A stretch of 63,955 nucleotides of DNA, filler included, from Phoronis australis (GCA_002633005.1; 10 parts of 10 records of this genome joined end to end with filler, not necessarily neighbours in it), one strand, 5' to 3'; shown: positions 51,386-63,665, counted from the whole stretch's first letter. Numbers and translations are program-made. Notes: generated from the letters alone by a model not told the origin.

Positions 51386-53237
51386 CTGAAAAGATACGAC
51401 AATGCAAGGTTTGATTGTCCATAAAACGGGTGAAATGCCATGGTAATGTTAATTTTGCTACAAATTAGAAAAACGAGCAAAGAAGCACTCACAGCTATTT
51501 GGTTTAAATCTGTGTTACATTTTTCAAATTATGAAATACTTTTAACTACTTGATTTGGCATCAAGTTTCCAAAGCCAGAAGAATGTTATCGATTGTGAGA
51601 TCGAAATTCATGTTGTTTTTCCTCATAGTGAAATCATTCAAATGAATTTTCTTCTATAAAGCCACCGGGCATGTCGTTTACTGATTGACTATACACTTGA
51701 CACGAGTCCTCGTCTGTGTTGCTGTTGCCTTGACTTGGCATAGCTGCCTGCCCGTTCCCTTCCTATAAACCTCTGTATGTTTCCATTTGGTCTTATATTG
51801 TAGGTTAGCTATCAATTCTGTAGGCAAATGAAAGGACATACCAAACAAACATCTTGGTTGTACGAGTATTTTGTAGCAACTAGAAGGTCAGAGACTACAC
51901 TTTTACATTAGCTGTACATAACCCTGGTTTGATTTTGTCTAATTGCAGCACTGGACTCTCAACACTACAACACTATACACAAAAATTCAAACTCAATTAA
52001 CTTTAAAACTCTAATGTCATAATGGTAAGTAATAGTAATCAGGCTTAAGGTAATACTATTCAGTGGCAGATTTAGAGGGGGGCCAACGCATTGGGGCTAT
52101 GCCCCCCTTCCCATAAAATTACATTTGGCAGTTTGGGGGTTCAAATGTTCTACGGACTTGGTAATTGTTTACAATATGACGACAAAGACTTAGACATATG
52201 ATTTTGGTATCGTTCGATTCCTCGCAATGTTATCTTTCCAAATATACGTAGAAATTTGTCCTACCCTGTTCCCTTAGTTTTTTATCATGAAATTTCTGCT
52301 CGCACTATTTCCTGGTACTCGGTAGTAATACCGCCATTTTGAATGGATAAGGAGTCACCTGGCGGTCAAAAACTGAACTAATCTACCGACTTGCAGATCG
52401 TCGCTTTTCATAAGTTCAAATTGACCGAGACCCGTCAATCCACTGCCCGAGTTACGTAAGCAAGGGTTCGAATTCGATCCTATGGTGACTGATATACGCA
52501 TCTGCTACCAAGAATCTGCCAAAAAGCGGAAGTTGTTTTTGAGGTTCAGATTTGTGAAAAAAGCATCACTTCAGACAATGTCATGGAAAAATGGTCACTG
52601 AATGGTCACAATTCTAAAAAAATGGAAAAGGTAAAATGCTTCTACTTGTGCATGCACCATATTATGTCAGGAAAACTTTAGCGGGAATCTCGCGCGGGCA
52701 ACCACCATTCATAATCAATGATGCTGTTTCATTCAATAACAATAGGTGTCGCTGTTATCTTGAGTTGAACTAACATGGCGGTGTCCACCGGGAAATAGTG
52801 CTAACTGAAATTCGACGATAAAATATGAACGAAATGCGGTAGGGGATCACTTCATATACACTCCGAAACCCTATAGTCGTCCGCCTAAGCATAAAACCGG
52901 CTTGTTGTCTTACTCACCCAATTATTCCACNGGTGACAGCCTGAGGAATCTAACGATACCAAAATCATATGTGCAACTTATTGTCGTCATATTGTAAACA
53001 ATTACCCTCTCTTTGTCAAACCTTATGTTAAGACGATTTCCAAAGCAATCCCGTCATTATTGCAAACACGAAAAACGGATTTGGTCTTTTGGGCATTTGA
53101 AGACTATTTTAAATACGACAAATTTGTTAAGAACTGATTGCACAAAACGTGTAATAAGCATTACAAAAAGAAATAGGTTTCGCGCGCAAACGCTGTGGAC
53201 CATAAACAAAGGTCTTTTAGTATTAGATTAGCGGTTC

Positions 53238-53317
53238 AATCGTGTTGGTGTAGTGGTAACACACGCGCGCAGTATACGCAAGGTCGTGAGTTCGAGTCTT
53301 TGGTATGTGCAGTTTTT
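53238..53317 (+). pseudogene. tRNA-like sequence (tRNA pseudogene or SINE head)
   Basis: A box TGGTGTAGTGG and B box AGTTCGAGTC at tRNA spacing, then TTTTT; cloverleaf stems poorly paired. Confidence 0.6.
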
Positions 53318-53808
53318 CCTGGTTGACACGTTCTCCGTGTTTTTTTCTTGGATAATACTTCAGGAATCAAGGAAAATGCTTGATTTTTAGAGGTAAAAAC
53401 AGAAAAATTTCCTGGGTGGGAGGGAGGCAAACTCCCCTCCCGACCTCCCCCCATTCGGTGNNNNNNNNNNNNNNNNNNNNNNNNNNNNNNNNNNNNNNNN
53501 NNNNTTAATTAATTAANNNNNNNNNNNNNNNNNNNNNNNNNNNNNNNNNNNNNNNNNNNNTGATTACTTTTTACTACACCATTATAAAAACGTGACACCT
53601 TTCATTGAGTAGCAGTAATGAACACTGTAGCTAGATTGACACCTGTAACCTCATCACCATGTCACAGCTTGATATCTACTAAACAGCATTTAACCCAGTA
53701 AGTGTACATTTTATAGCAAAATGTTTTGAAGAATTTCAATTCTTGACATAACACCAGTATGCCTTTGATTGGTTTGTATGATTTTGCCTTTTTCGTAACA
53801 CTATACAT

Positions 53809-54130
53809 TCAACCATTATTAAAATCTCTTAGTCTATTTACACTGACCTCTTGTCAGTTTACACTGTTATGACATTTCGGTCGCTCTATTCTCCAGCCAT
53901 CGTCAGGTGTTCCTGCATTCTTAGAAGAATGAGCACGGATACGAGGTACACTCATTATGGTATAATTTTTTGTCCAAGGCAGGATTTGAACCCACGACTT
54001 CTGGAACTACAGATAATTTGAGTCCAGCACCTTAACCACTACACCACGTGGTACACCGACCAAAACATCGTGACAGTGTAAATAGACAAGAGGTCAGTGT
54101 AAATAGACCAAGAGATTTTAATAATAGTTG
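53809..54130 (-). mobile_element. tRNA-headed element carrying a hammerhead core, with an inverted terminal duplication (retrozyme/SINE-like)
   Basis: ~75-bp inverted repeats 53809-53883 and 54057-54130; tRNA-like head 54054-53971; CTGACGA (53906-53900)...GAAA (53878-53875) TGTC on the minus strand. Confidence 0.65.
53971..54054 (-). pseudogene. tRNA-like sequence, CAA anticodon with a 10-nt insertion after position 37
   Basis: GTACCACGTGGTGTAGTGGTTAAGGTGCTGGACTCAAA[TTATCTGTAG]TTCCAGAAGTCGTGGGTTCAAATCCTGCCTTGGACA; anticodon stem CTGGA/TCCAG perfect, acceptor and D stems imperfect. Confidence 0.65.
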
Positions 54131-54785
54131 TAACACGCCACCACCACAGAGCGGTTTTAGAAAGTCATTACACATTAAACCATAATTTCACGCAGTGCAA
54201 ATTTTGCAATGTCGAAACAAAGGATCAAGTCGAAACAATATTGCCTGACGAAGGGTAAAGACACCACACCTTTGCACATGCCACACGCATGTATCGGTAC
54301 AATGTACATCTGCATTGATTACAGTATTCTAAATGATTAGGTCATGTAACAGACGTGAAAGAAACCGTAATCAATGGCTGACATTTAGGAAGAAATCTCA
54401 ATCATTGCAGATTACTAAATTATTGTACTATGTTGTTTTATGAAGCTCTTTAGTGATAGTATCTAACGCAAAATGAAACATTTACAAAGGCACATCCTAA
54501 CAGCAGTTTTAGAGAACAGTGCATAGAGTTACACATAACCGTAGTAAAGAGATAAAGTCTAGGAGTTAATTGCTGCTATCTTTAATACATTTCCAATATA
54601 AATGTCATATACATGGGATTCCCTGTCACGACGAACTGACATCTAATTGCACACATGGCATTTAACATGTCCCAAATGTTGTTCTTGTTGACTGCATATC
54701 TTCAATATTATACATTATTATCAAACTATTTTCTCCTGTCTGAGCTACACTTTGCATGATACATGACAGTACACCTACTGCAACA

Positions 54786-54915
54786 GTACAAGGCAAGAGT
54801 TGGTAATACAAGGCAAGAGTTGGTAATACAAGACAAGCGTAACACAAGACAAGAGAAATACAATACAAGAGTAATAAAAGACAAGAGTAATACAAGACAA
54901 AAAAATACAAGGCAA
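54786..54915 (+). repeat. Degenerate ACAAG-rich minisatellite
   Basis: TACAAGGCAAGAGTTGGTAA x2, then decayed ACAAG/AATAC units. Confidence 0.7.
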
Positions 54916-55580
54916 TTAAAGTAATCAGACAAAATACCATTCCCATGATAGCTATTTCTGTTAACAACAAAAATGACTGGTAACAACTATTTTGGTGGCA
55001 AAATAAATTCAAATTACAGACTGACTTACGCACCTTACTAACCGACATGTTATTTCACTTTCATTCTCCGTCATAAAATAATACAACTCTGAAGAATTTG
55101 GCTTCTGTCCAGCCGTCATGCCAGCGAATTCCAGGTCATTTTGTCTGAATACTTTTGGTAGGTGCTGTATAATCAAACAATAGGGGTGTTCCAGATTACA
55201 CGGTGGTAGAACTCTCCTTTGTATGGAGATAAGAAAGCATGTGACCTTTTTGGAAATCAGGCACATTTTCGTGTCGGGAAGGTGAAGAATTTCACATCAT
55301 GCCATCCACTGGTAAGCCTTTGTTCAGTTTATCAAACGTTCTCAAGTTGGAGTGGCAGCATACAGCACATCAGTAATACTTCGCATTGGAAAGACCAATA
55401 GAGTAATGCAAACGAGAAAAACTTGCAAAGAATCGGACAACAAATAACATGTGAAACTCCAATGGCAGGAAAACGAGGTAGCAAAATGTGCCTGACGGAT
55501 GTTTATGGCATTGTGCGTACATACAGCAAGAGTCGAGTGTCGCTGTGCAATCCGGGACAGCCCTATTAGAGGATACTCAC

Positions 55581-55703
55581 TGTGAATTCTTTGCCAAGTC
55601 TTTCTCCTAACCACTGTTTAACACCAGCAAGGTCCGTGTTTACCTTTATGAGCCCCAGCTTACCCCGCCTCTTGATCAGCTGGTCAGGCTTAACTATCAG
55701 TTT
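55581..55703 (-). CDS. ACLY: ATP-citrate lyase, second coding exon
   Basis: gctag acceptor, gtgagt donor, 123 nt; [41 protein letters not shown]. Confidence 0.96.
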
Positions 55704-55984
55704 CTAGCGAAAAGGTACACAAGTACATTAGCTTTTAATTTTCAATTATTAGACCATTCGGAAAACAAATAAGACGAGATGCGCAATAGCAGCCAGTAAT
55801 TGAGAATTAACAACTTGAACCTAGTGTTTGACCCAGATTTTGAACAAGCAAACCAATTTTAAAAATTAAAAAACTCGATACCTTAAATGGCCACAATAAA
55901 AGGATTTAATACTGTTCAGTCTTGTAAATATTGGACCAGAAATTTAAGTTTAAAACAATGAAAAGATATTAAGCAAAAGGATAC

Positions 55985-56134
55985 CTCAGTTTGAAGCCAT
56001 GGGTTATCTGCCTCCAGTTGTTCCCAGCTCGTGTTCTCGTCAACAGCAGCAAAACGATTTTTGGCTGCTTCGTCTTTGAGACATTTGTTCAGAAATTCTT
56101 TTCCTTTGTACTCAAAGATGGCTTTGGCAGACAT
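55985..56134 (-). CDS. ACLY: ATP-citrate lyase, first coding exon
   Basis: MSAKAIFEYKGKEFL...W..L...NPWL; gtatcc donor; an acceptor just upstream of the ATG implies a non-coding first exon. Confidence 0.96.
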
Positions 56135-57461
56135 GATTTTCTAAGATGTGCCTAAAATACACATAAAATGACTCTGCAAATTAACAAAGTATAGACAATA
56201 TCATAAGTTTATGGCTTTCAGTTTGACCACATAAGGTTATGTGGGCCATGTTTGGAACATCAGAAATAGTTGATAGGATTCATGTGAAACTGTCAGACAC
56301 TTTGGCTAATTCCTCATGCACTGCTCTTTAAAAAGCTGTAAGGAAGTGTTTTTAAATGTCCCACTTGTGTACGAGGGGCTTTCAAAAACAGGATTTCATG
56401 ATTTTTACAATAAAAATTTAAATGTTGTTTTAATGACAAACAGAGTAATTTAGAATTAAACTGAAACGATAGCACTTTTAGAGTTCATCATGAGCATTCA
56501 TATCAAATGAAATTTTGCATGTTATTAATACCTAGTATACAATTATGAACGAAACTTTCTTTTTCGTTAAACTTAACTCAAAAGACATGGTCACATGATC
56601 CAACTGATGACAGAAAGGTATAAAGTCAAAAATCAAATTCTGAGTTTTCTGCTTTCAGAAAATGTATATTTATTCAGTTTCTTTACTGGGTTGAAATCTA
56701 TAGCTTTGTAGATATATGGCTAAACACACAGACTAGTGGGTAAGGTCTTACATAACATTAGCATCGTTTCTGGATGGAAGGACACTTACAAGGGCGTCAA
56801 AATTAAATTAACCAGACCATACCTGAGTGTACTTTTTAACTCCATCATTTATGTAAGGGTTATGATAGCTTTAGCCAGCAGACAGAGATAAGATTGTAGT
56901 TATCATATCAATCAATTCGATAATAGTGTTTTTATACCCATGAACTTTAAGGGGTCTCCAAGCAACGCAAATTTCACCATACAAGAATTTCTATCAACCA
57001 CAAGTTTATAACTAACTATCTGGTTTTAATGGACTATAGGGCAATGGAGAGATGTTGAGATGATAGCAATAAAATTCGAAGTTTCAACATTATACAAATA
57101 TTTTGAAATATAAGACTTTCGATCTAATGTATTGGGAATGTCAAACACAGGGAAATTTCAGCAAATATTCTCAGGGTTTGATTAGGTGACATGCGGGTCG
57201 TCAATGCGACGTCAGATTTCGTTTGGGGACTTGGTAAAAACCCCAAATCACAACGAAGTTATCCAAGCATGCAGTCAAAACACGGAAATAAGTCCAACTG
57301 CACAGCAAAACCAAGGTTTCACTCATGACTCAGGCAGACATGCTGCCCTGATCGGCTACACTGCTGAAGCCCCCTGGGTAATCTCAATTGCTGCATGAAC
57401 ATCTGCTAAGGTCCAAGTCAGATTTACTTTGTCAGTTCTTAATGCTGTCAACTTTGCATCA

Positions 57462-57632
57462 TTTGTGGAGGCCAGGCCTATTTCTGGAGGTCAGCACTAT
57501 TTGTGGAGGCCAGCACTATTTGTGGAGGCCAGCACTATTGGTGGAGGCCAGCACTATTTGTGGAGGTCAGCACTATTTGTGGAGGTCAGCACTATTTGTG
57601 GAGCCCAGCACTATCTGTGGAGGCCAGCACTA
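57462..57632 (+). repeat. 19-bp minisatellite, 9 copies
   Basis: TTTGTGGAGG(C/T)CAGCACTA units; explains the repetitive ORFs in three frames. Confidence 0.95.
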
Positions 57633-58766
57633 TACTATTTCGCAACTTCACATGCATATATTTTTTAAGGTCGCATTTAACAAGTTAGCGTTATGCTAAT
57701 CATCAATCCCTGGTTCTTGTATACAGACAGGTACATGGGATTTTACTTTGGGATTTTACCGTCTTTAAATAACTGAGAGCTCATGTAAAGTGAGTTTCGA
57801 AAGGCTGGTTTAGAGGACCAGCTGCTTGACTAAATTCCATTAACTTAAGAAACTAGTCATTTCTAAGTTGACTGTCTCTGATGAAAACGGCATATGACCT
57901 ATGTTGGATGGTAAACATTAAAGCAATTTCGGAATGACATAAGTTGGAACCGATAGGCCTCCACCAGTTACAAGCTCATGTGTCAGGCTTGTGTTTGTTT
58001 GGCGACGGTGGATGGAAGCTCAAAATCATCAGAGTTAAATAAAAAAATAATTAATGAGCACTCATATAAAATTATTCAAACAGAAACCAGGAAAGACAAT
58101 GCTGAACAAAATTAGGAACAGCATTATACCGCACCACATGTTGGTTGAAAAATACCTATCCTCGGCAGCACAGCTGGTGCTGGTTCAAGATTGCCAAATC
58201 ACGTGTTAACTAATTAGATGAATCTTGCTGAAGCCATAGAAACAAACAAATAAAACGCTGAGCTTTCGTTTAATGTGCTTCGATGGTCTAAAATGTGGAC
58301 ATTCAGGTTCCAAGGTATTGCTTACTCTCAACTGGTTGTTTCAATGATCAAGATTTTCAAAATTTAATTGACTTGTGCGTAGAGTAGTTTTGATCAATGT
58401 AATTGATCAAATACACTGCCGGTCCCGAGGACCAGCAAAGATNNNNNNNNNNNNNNNNNNNNNNNNNNNNNNNNNNNNNNNNNNNNTTAATTAATTAANN
58501 NNNNNNNNNNNNNNNNNNNNNNNNNNNNNNNNNNNNNNNNNNAAAAAGTATAATGAAACTAACAGCTGCCAAAAAAATTGGAATTTCTCAAATGGTGTAT
58601 AAAATAAAGCATATATTAAACAGTATAAGGCTACGTTAGAGGTGGATTCTGAAAGACAACTAAACTCATTATTAAAACAACTCAGTACTCTGAAGCTAAT
58701 TTCACTTTGTTTCCCTCAACCAGCCAAAGTAGTGATTCAGATCAATTTGAACCTTCCTCAACTGAC

Positions 58767-58808
58767 CATGTGTTCTGAGAGTAAGTCTTCTTCTTCAACA
58801 TCTTCAAG
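58767..58808 (-). CDS. Possible small exon of the gene at 59299-60704 (frame uncertain)
   Basis: tattttag acceptor, gtcagt donor; LEDVEEEDLLSEHM in phase 0, but direct splicing from 59299 gives a different frame. Confidence 0.45.
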
Positions 58809-59298
58809 CTAAAATACAAGAATAAATCTTTCAAATGACTATAAACAAACAATGGTCACATGACTATCCATAGATGATAAGTTACATGACTTCTGAATTA
58901 CGAATAATTATCAATGAATTAATATTCATAAAGGGATATATCGAGCATGGTAAATAATCTCGCCAGTACTACAGATAATAGAGATGTCCAATCCAAGGCA
59001 AATTTGAATCCATGCAGCGCATTATATTCTATAGGAGCCTACTTTCTACATATTTCAAGGTACTCTACATATTAAACAGTTTGATTTAGATTTTCAAACT
59101 GCAATTGGATTGTTGTTGTGAGAAGTGAAAGAACAATTCATAATTATTCTAGAATATTCTCAGCATATAAAATGACTCCGTCATAACCAGTCATCTTCTT
59201 GTGCACATTACCACAATATGTAAACAGTTTAAATCAAAAGTTAGAATTCTGACAGGCAGACTTATGATAGCTTCAAGAAATTTGTGTGTGACACCTAC

Positions 59299-59370
59299 CC
59301 TTCAATCAACTTCTTGTTTTCGTCTATTGCCTTTCTGACCTCAGCAGAGCTCTCATTTAGTGACTTCAGA
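59299..59370 (-). CDS. Internal exon, helical region (possible diacylglycerol kinase delta/eta)
   Basis: aacag acceptor, gtaggt donor, in phase with the upstream exon; LKSLNESSAEVRKAIDENKKLIEG. Confidence 0.7.
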
Positions 59371-60462
59371 CTGTTCAGTAAACAAAACAAATGAGTGAAG
59401 GTTGACTTATTGAAGAACTTAACTGTAAGTGCAACAAACGTCATGTGACAACAGCATGTGTGTTCATCCAGAGATTTTTCTCGTCTTGCGGGGCAGGCTA
59501 CAATCTTGCGCAGATTTGGACTTAACCTGCTCTTAATTTCCACGCCAGGAACTTGAAAATCTTAGGTACTTGGAAAACTTAAGTGAGGATTTCAGGTAAT
59601 TTGCTGAGTCAAAACTGTGTTTTTATTCAAGCTGCCATATTGACGATTGCGAGGCAGTGGCGCATTGATGAGTTTTTGTCCTGGGATTTCAGCACATTAA
59701 TTTTCTGAAAAATGATCATAATTTAATAACAAAGTTTGGTAGCAATGCACCACAGTTTTGTCGTAGGTCACAGATACATTACAGAGCATAAATTTGATGA
59801 ATACTGGCTTCAGGTTTCACCCGCTTCAGAGACTGGGTTTCAACCGTTTTAGGTTGCAATAAGCGCCCCTCCCTCCTGAAACGAATTTTTCTGAGCACAT
59901 TAGCTTATTAGGGAAAATACGGTAAGACATAAGACTTGGTCTTACATTTTCACTTCACAAATATAGAATAAAGGTTTAGTTATAAGCAGATCAGAGTCCA
60001 GAAACGATTCATAGAAATCACTAACTAGAAGTTATCTGTATATTCTCAGAAACCTCATTTTTGGTCAAATGAGATTTTGTTGAGTGAAGCATAAGACCAA
60101 ATTTCTGATCCAAGTCTTCAGTCACATTTCACAAAACAGACCCTAGATGTTTACTGCAAGCTATAAGCACACAAGTGATGTGTTTAGACAGCAGAACCAC
60201 GATCTAGCGTTTGGTCACAAAACCTACATAATCCTTAATAGCAACCATCGCATGTAAGTACCGTAAAAGTTATGTGTAGGTATCACTAACAGTAAAACTC
60301 ACATAAATCAGAGCAACCAAACCAAAGATCTTTCAGTTGAGCAAACATCAGATTTCTCCATTATTGTCCAACTTCTTCAAGAATAATTTATTGTCCATGT
60401 ATATTATGTGAAATGAAACTCATCGCAAAGTAGTCTACAAAAAATATAAAACTGGTAATCAC

Positions 60463-60704
60463 CTGTCACAAAGCTCTTGGGCCTTTTGCGAACACTCCTT
60501 GTCTGCTGTAGGTGGGAGTCTGATGTCATCCATGTCACCTGAAAATGTCCAGGAGTTGGGAGCAGACATATTAGCAGACGACAAACTGTTGGACACCTCA
60601 GACACAGCGCCCTCTATGGACTCACGGTAGATGGGATGGTCGATGGCCTCCAGTCGAAGTCGCCGTAGAATATGAGACATAGTCTCACTGTATTGCTCCG
60701 CAGT
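60463..60704 (-). CDS. Internal exon, possibly the C-terminal helical region of a type II diacylglycerol kinase
   Basis: tttcag acceptor, gtgatt donor, 242 nt; TAEQYSETMSHILRRLRLEAIDHPIYRESIEGAVSEVSNSLSSAN...; the exon is well supported, the family call rests on recalled similarity only. Confidence 0.7.
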
Positions 60705-61359
60705 CTGAAATAGTGAACAAAAGCTCAATGGTTATCATTGCCAATATATGACATGCTGGATACAGATAACCACAATGTGACTGACACACTTACACAATCG
60801 CTGATTATAAATTGGGTTACAATATTATCTTACCATTCTGTAGGGACCTCACTATATGACGGAGTGGTTGAAAGGAAATTAACCCTGAATAGTGCAAATA
60901 CAGCAAATTCCACAATAATATCATGGTAGTTGTAAACCTCATAATGCTAAATCATCGTGAGAGACCGTCCAGAGTTGGCACATGGTGCAACTCCAAACAG
61001 TCTGGGCTCAACAGAAAACCACAGCTGTCCTGCGAGTCTACACCAATGTGATAGACGAGAGTAGTTCTACTTGCCACGACAGCTGCACGTATCATGATCT
61101 CTTTTGTGACACACAATGTGTGGCTGGGCAAAGCCTTTTCAAAATATTGCAGATAAGCCAGTGGAGCGTGCGACCCCTGAGGTCCCTGTCAAGTCCTCAC
61201 GACAATTCTACGTTATGTGCATTCAATCCAGAAAGTAAACTTTTGAATGATTTAAACTACTTTCCACAATAAAATTGGTTCCAACTTGTTCTATATACTC
61301 AGATGTTAAGTGATTTCTCATGTTTTTCATTATTTTGCACTTCACACTCAAAGTCTAGT

Positions 61360-61545
61360 ATTCTGAAGCGGTTCTCATTCATTCCATTATACATACGTCC
61401 ATTCACTCACTAGTAACACTGAGCTCAGAGGAGTACAAGAGACACTTTCGTGCTATGCTCGATTGTCTTCTAGTAAAACCAGGATTCGAACCCAGGTCTC
61501 TCACATGGGAGTCTACAGCTCAAACCACTGAGCCACAGTGTCTCC
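61360..61545 (-). mobile_element. tRNA-derived SINE
   Basis: Minus strand GGAGACACTGTGGCTCAGTGGTTTGAGC...GACCTGGGTTCGAATCCTGG with A and B boxes, followed by a non-tRNA body; 3' limit approximate. Confidence 0.75.
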
Positions 61546-61729
61546 ACGGAAACTCACAATTCATTATTTCCTGAGACTATACTCAGCATGCAAAATGATA
61601 TGCCCGACACGCCCTAACAAGCCAACTTGTAGAGCAAGCAATCATACCATGCACCTGGCAGTTGTTTGAAGCTCTGAAATCACCTCCAATTTTACTGAGA
61701 AACAAGTCTGAGATCAATTTCTTATTTGA

Positions 61730-61816
61730 TTTATTTATCATTTATTATTTATTATTGTGATATTTAAAATGAGGGTGGCCTCTTCAGTGATAGCACTGCT
61801 TTCCAAGAGGGCCCTC
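61730..61816 (-). mobile_element. 3' tail of a CR1/L2-group LINE or partner SINE
   Basis: Minus strand GAGGGCCCTCTTGGAAAGCAG..CTGAAGAGGCCACCCTC stem-loop followed by an AAT/AAAT-rich tail. Confidence 0.55.
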
Positions 61817-63080
61817 AATGGTCTAAATAAAAATTTGTTTATTGTTATTGAGGGCAGTTTCATGACGACCTCCACCATTCAAATTTCACAACAGTCATAG
61901 AAAGTACGAGATCACTATTGTGAGGTGGTGTATACAGTCAAGTCACTCCACTGAGTTGTTCATGCAGGTCACACAATAGAGGTTGGNNNNNNNNNNNNNN
62001 NNNNNNNNNNNNNNNNNNNNNNNNNNNNNNTTAATTAATTAANNNNNNNNNNNNNNNNNNNNNNNNNNNNNNNNNNNNNNNNNNNNACCTCGTACGGTCA
62101 AAATGGCTTGAGCTGGAAATTTTCCAACGTCACGAGGGGCGTAGTTTTGAGACCGAACTCCACTGTTTTGAAAGCGGTGTATAAAGTCTACCTCCGGAAC
62201 GTTTGGATACAGTCAGTCAGCATTATGCAACCGCCTTCGTTTTGTTAATTGAAGTCGCTATTTACTTTCTTTCGGTAACCGAGCATTTTGAGTTAGGAAC
62301 GATTTTTTGTCGTGGAGGCTCCACTAGGTGTTTTGCGTTGTTCGACTAAGAGTCATAAAACTGCCTGCCTATCTAGGTGCCTTTGTGTACGTTGTGTATT
62401 CGCAACGTCGATTACACCATGTCAAGCCCCATATTTAGTGTTAGCCTTTTGATCACACCCTTTGACCCCTTGATTCAAGGAATAGTCCATTATAGCTTGA
62501 GTGATGCTGTCAGTGGCTTTGTGTCCTGGTTAGTATATTGGTTGAAATTGGCTTTTCTTGACTCACACGCGATCAGTGGCGTAGCAAGTGGGTGCCAGAT
62601 AAAGGCAGCTGCTTCCAGGCGCTGCTGAAGGGGTCAACGCCAGAAATTTGTAACATGCACTACTGCGCATGCGCTAAATCTTGCCAGCAGCCCTCCATAA
62701 GAAATACACAAGAGCAGGCAAAAATCAGGAATTTATAAGCAAGGGGAGATAACTACACAATTTGCCGATAGCCTGTCACATAGAGTGTATGTTAAGACAT
62801 GTTACCGCCAAATAACAGCGCCAATGGTGAAAATTTTTCCACGTCTCTTGAAGTTTGAAGGTTACCCCGTTCAGGCCTATGTTAACGATCGTCCGGAAGC
62901 CACTATTTGAGCGCATAGCTCATTTTGAAGTCAAGTTTGTGGCTGACTATTTTGCCATCGGATTTGCCGATAGCCTAGGTGACTACCAGGAGTACTCAGA
63001 GGTTGCTGATCCAAATTTCATGTTGTTTCTCGAAAATTTTTCCACGTCTCTTGTGTTCAGAAAATGGATCGGCGTACAGT

Positions 63081-63323
63081 GCTGACAGTGAGATGAAATG
63101 TTGCCGATCGCCTGGCTGTCGACTTTTTGCAATGGAATTTGCACTCTGTAGATGAGAGATTAGCGTAGAATCGGTAAGAAACTGATTTGTTCATTTTCTC
63201 AAGCTGTCAGTGAGATGAAATGTTGCCGATCGCCTGGCTGTCGACTCTTTGCAATGGAATTTGCACTCTGTAGATGAGAGATTAGCGTAGAATCGGTAAG
63301 AAACTGATTTGTTCATTTTCTCA
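63081..63323 (+). repeat. 122-bp direct tandem duplication
   Basis: CAGTGAGATGAAATGTTGCCG... at 63086 and 63208, near identical. Confidence 0.93.
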
Positions 63324-63665
63324 TCCGGTATGAGTTCCGAAATATTTTCGAAGTCGGATTTTGTACACTATGCAAGTTTCGCCTGTGAGTAGACCTATAT
63401 AGTTGATGTACTAGTAATCTTCAAAATGTTATTTCGTTTTTTGTGATCCACGGTACGTTGTCCTTCGTCTTAATTCAGTAACTGTTACATTGGAGTGGAT
63501 TCCGGACACAAACATGTATTGACAAACATCAGAAGATTAATAAAAAGCGCTTTGGCAGCCCGTTTAAGCCAATTGCAAGCACACGCGGCTGGCTGGCTGG
63601 CGTTCAGTTCACATTTGTTGTGGTTATGTTGATAGCTGTGTCTGTGACCCCAATCACCCAGCTAG

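Noticed and set aside
52910-52960. Donor-like GGTGAGTA on the minus strand as the end of PNO1 exon 1
   Set aside because: Upstream translation does not resemble the PNO1 N-terminus and includes an N
53971-54054. Functional tRNA-Leu(CAA) gene
   Set aside because: Acceptor and D stems mismatched, no long variable arm, no T-run terminator
54210-54270. CTGACGA with upstream GAAAC as a second hammerhead
   Set aside because: No downstream GAAA and no pairing for a permuted topology
57388-57699. Repetitive proteins in three frames
   Set aside because: Artefact of a stop-free 19-bp minisatellite
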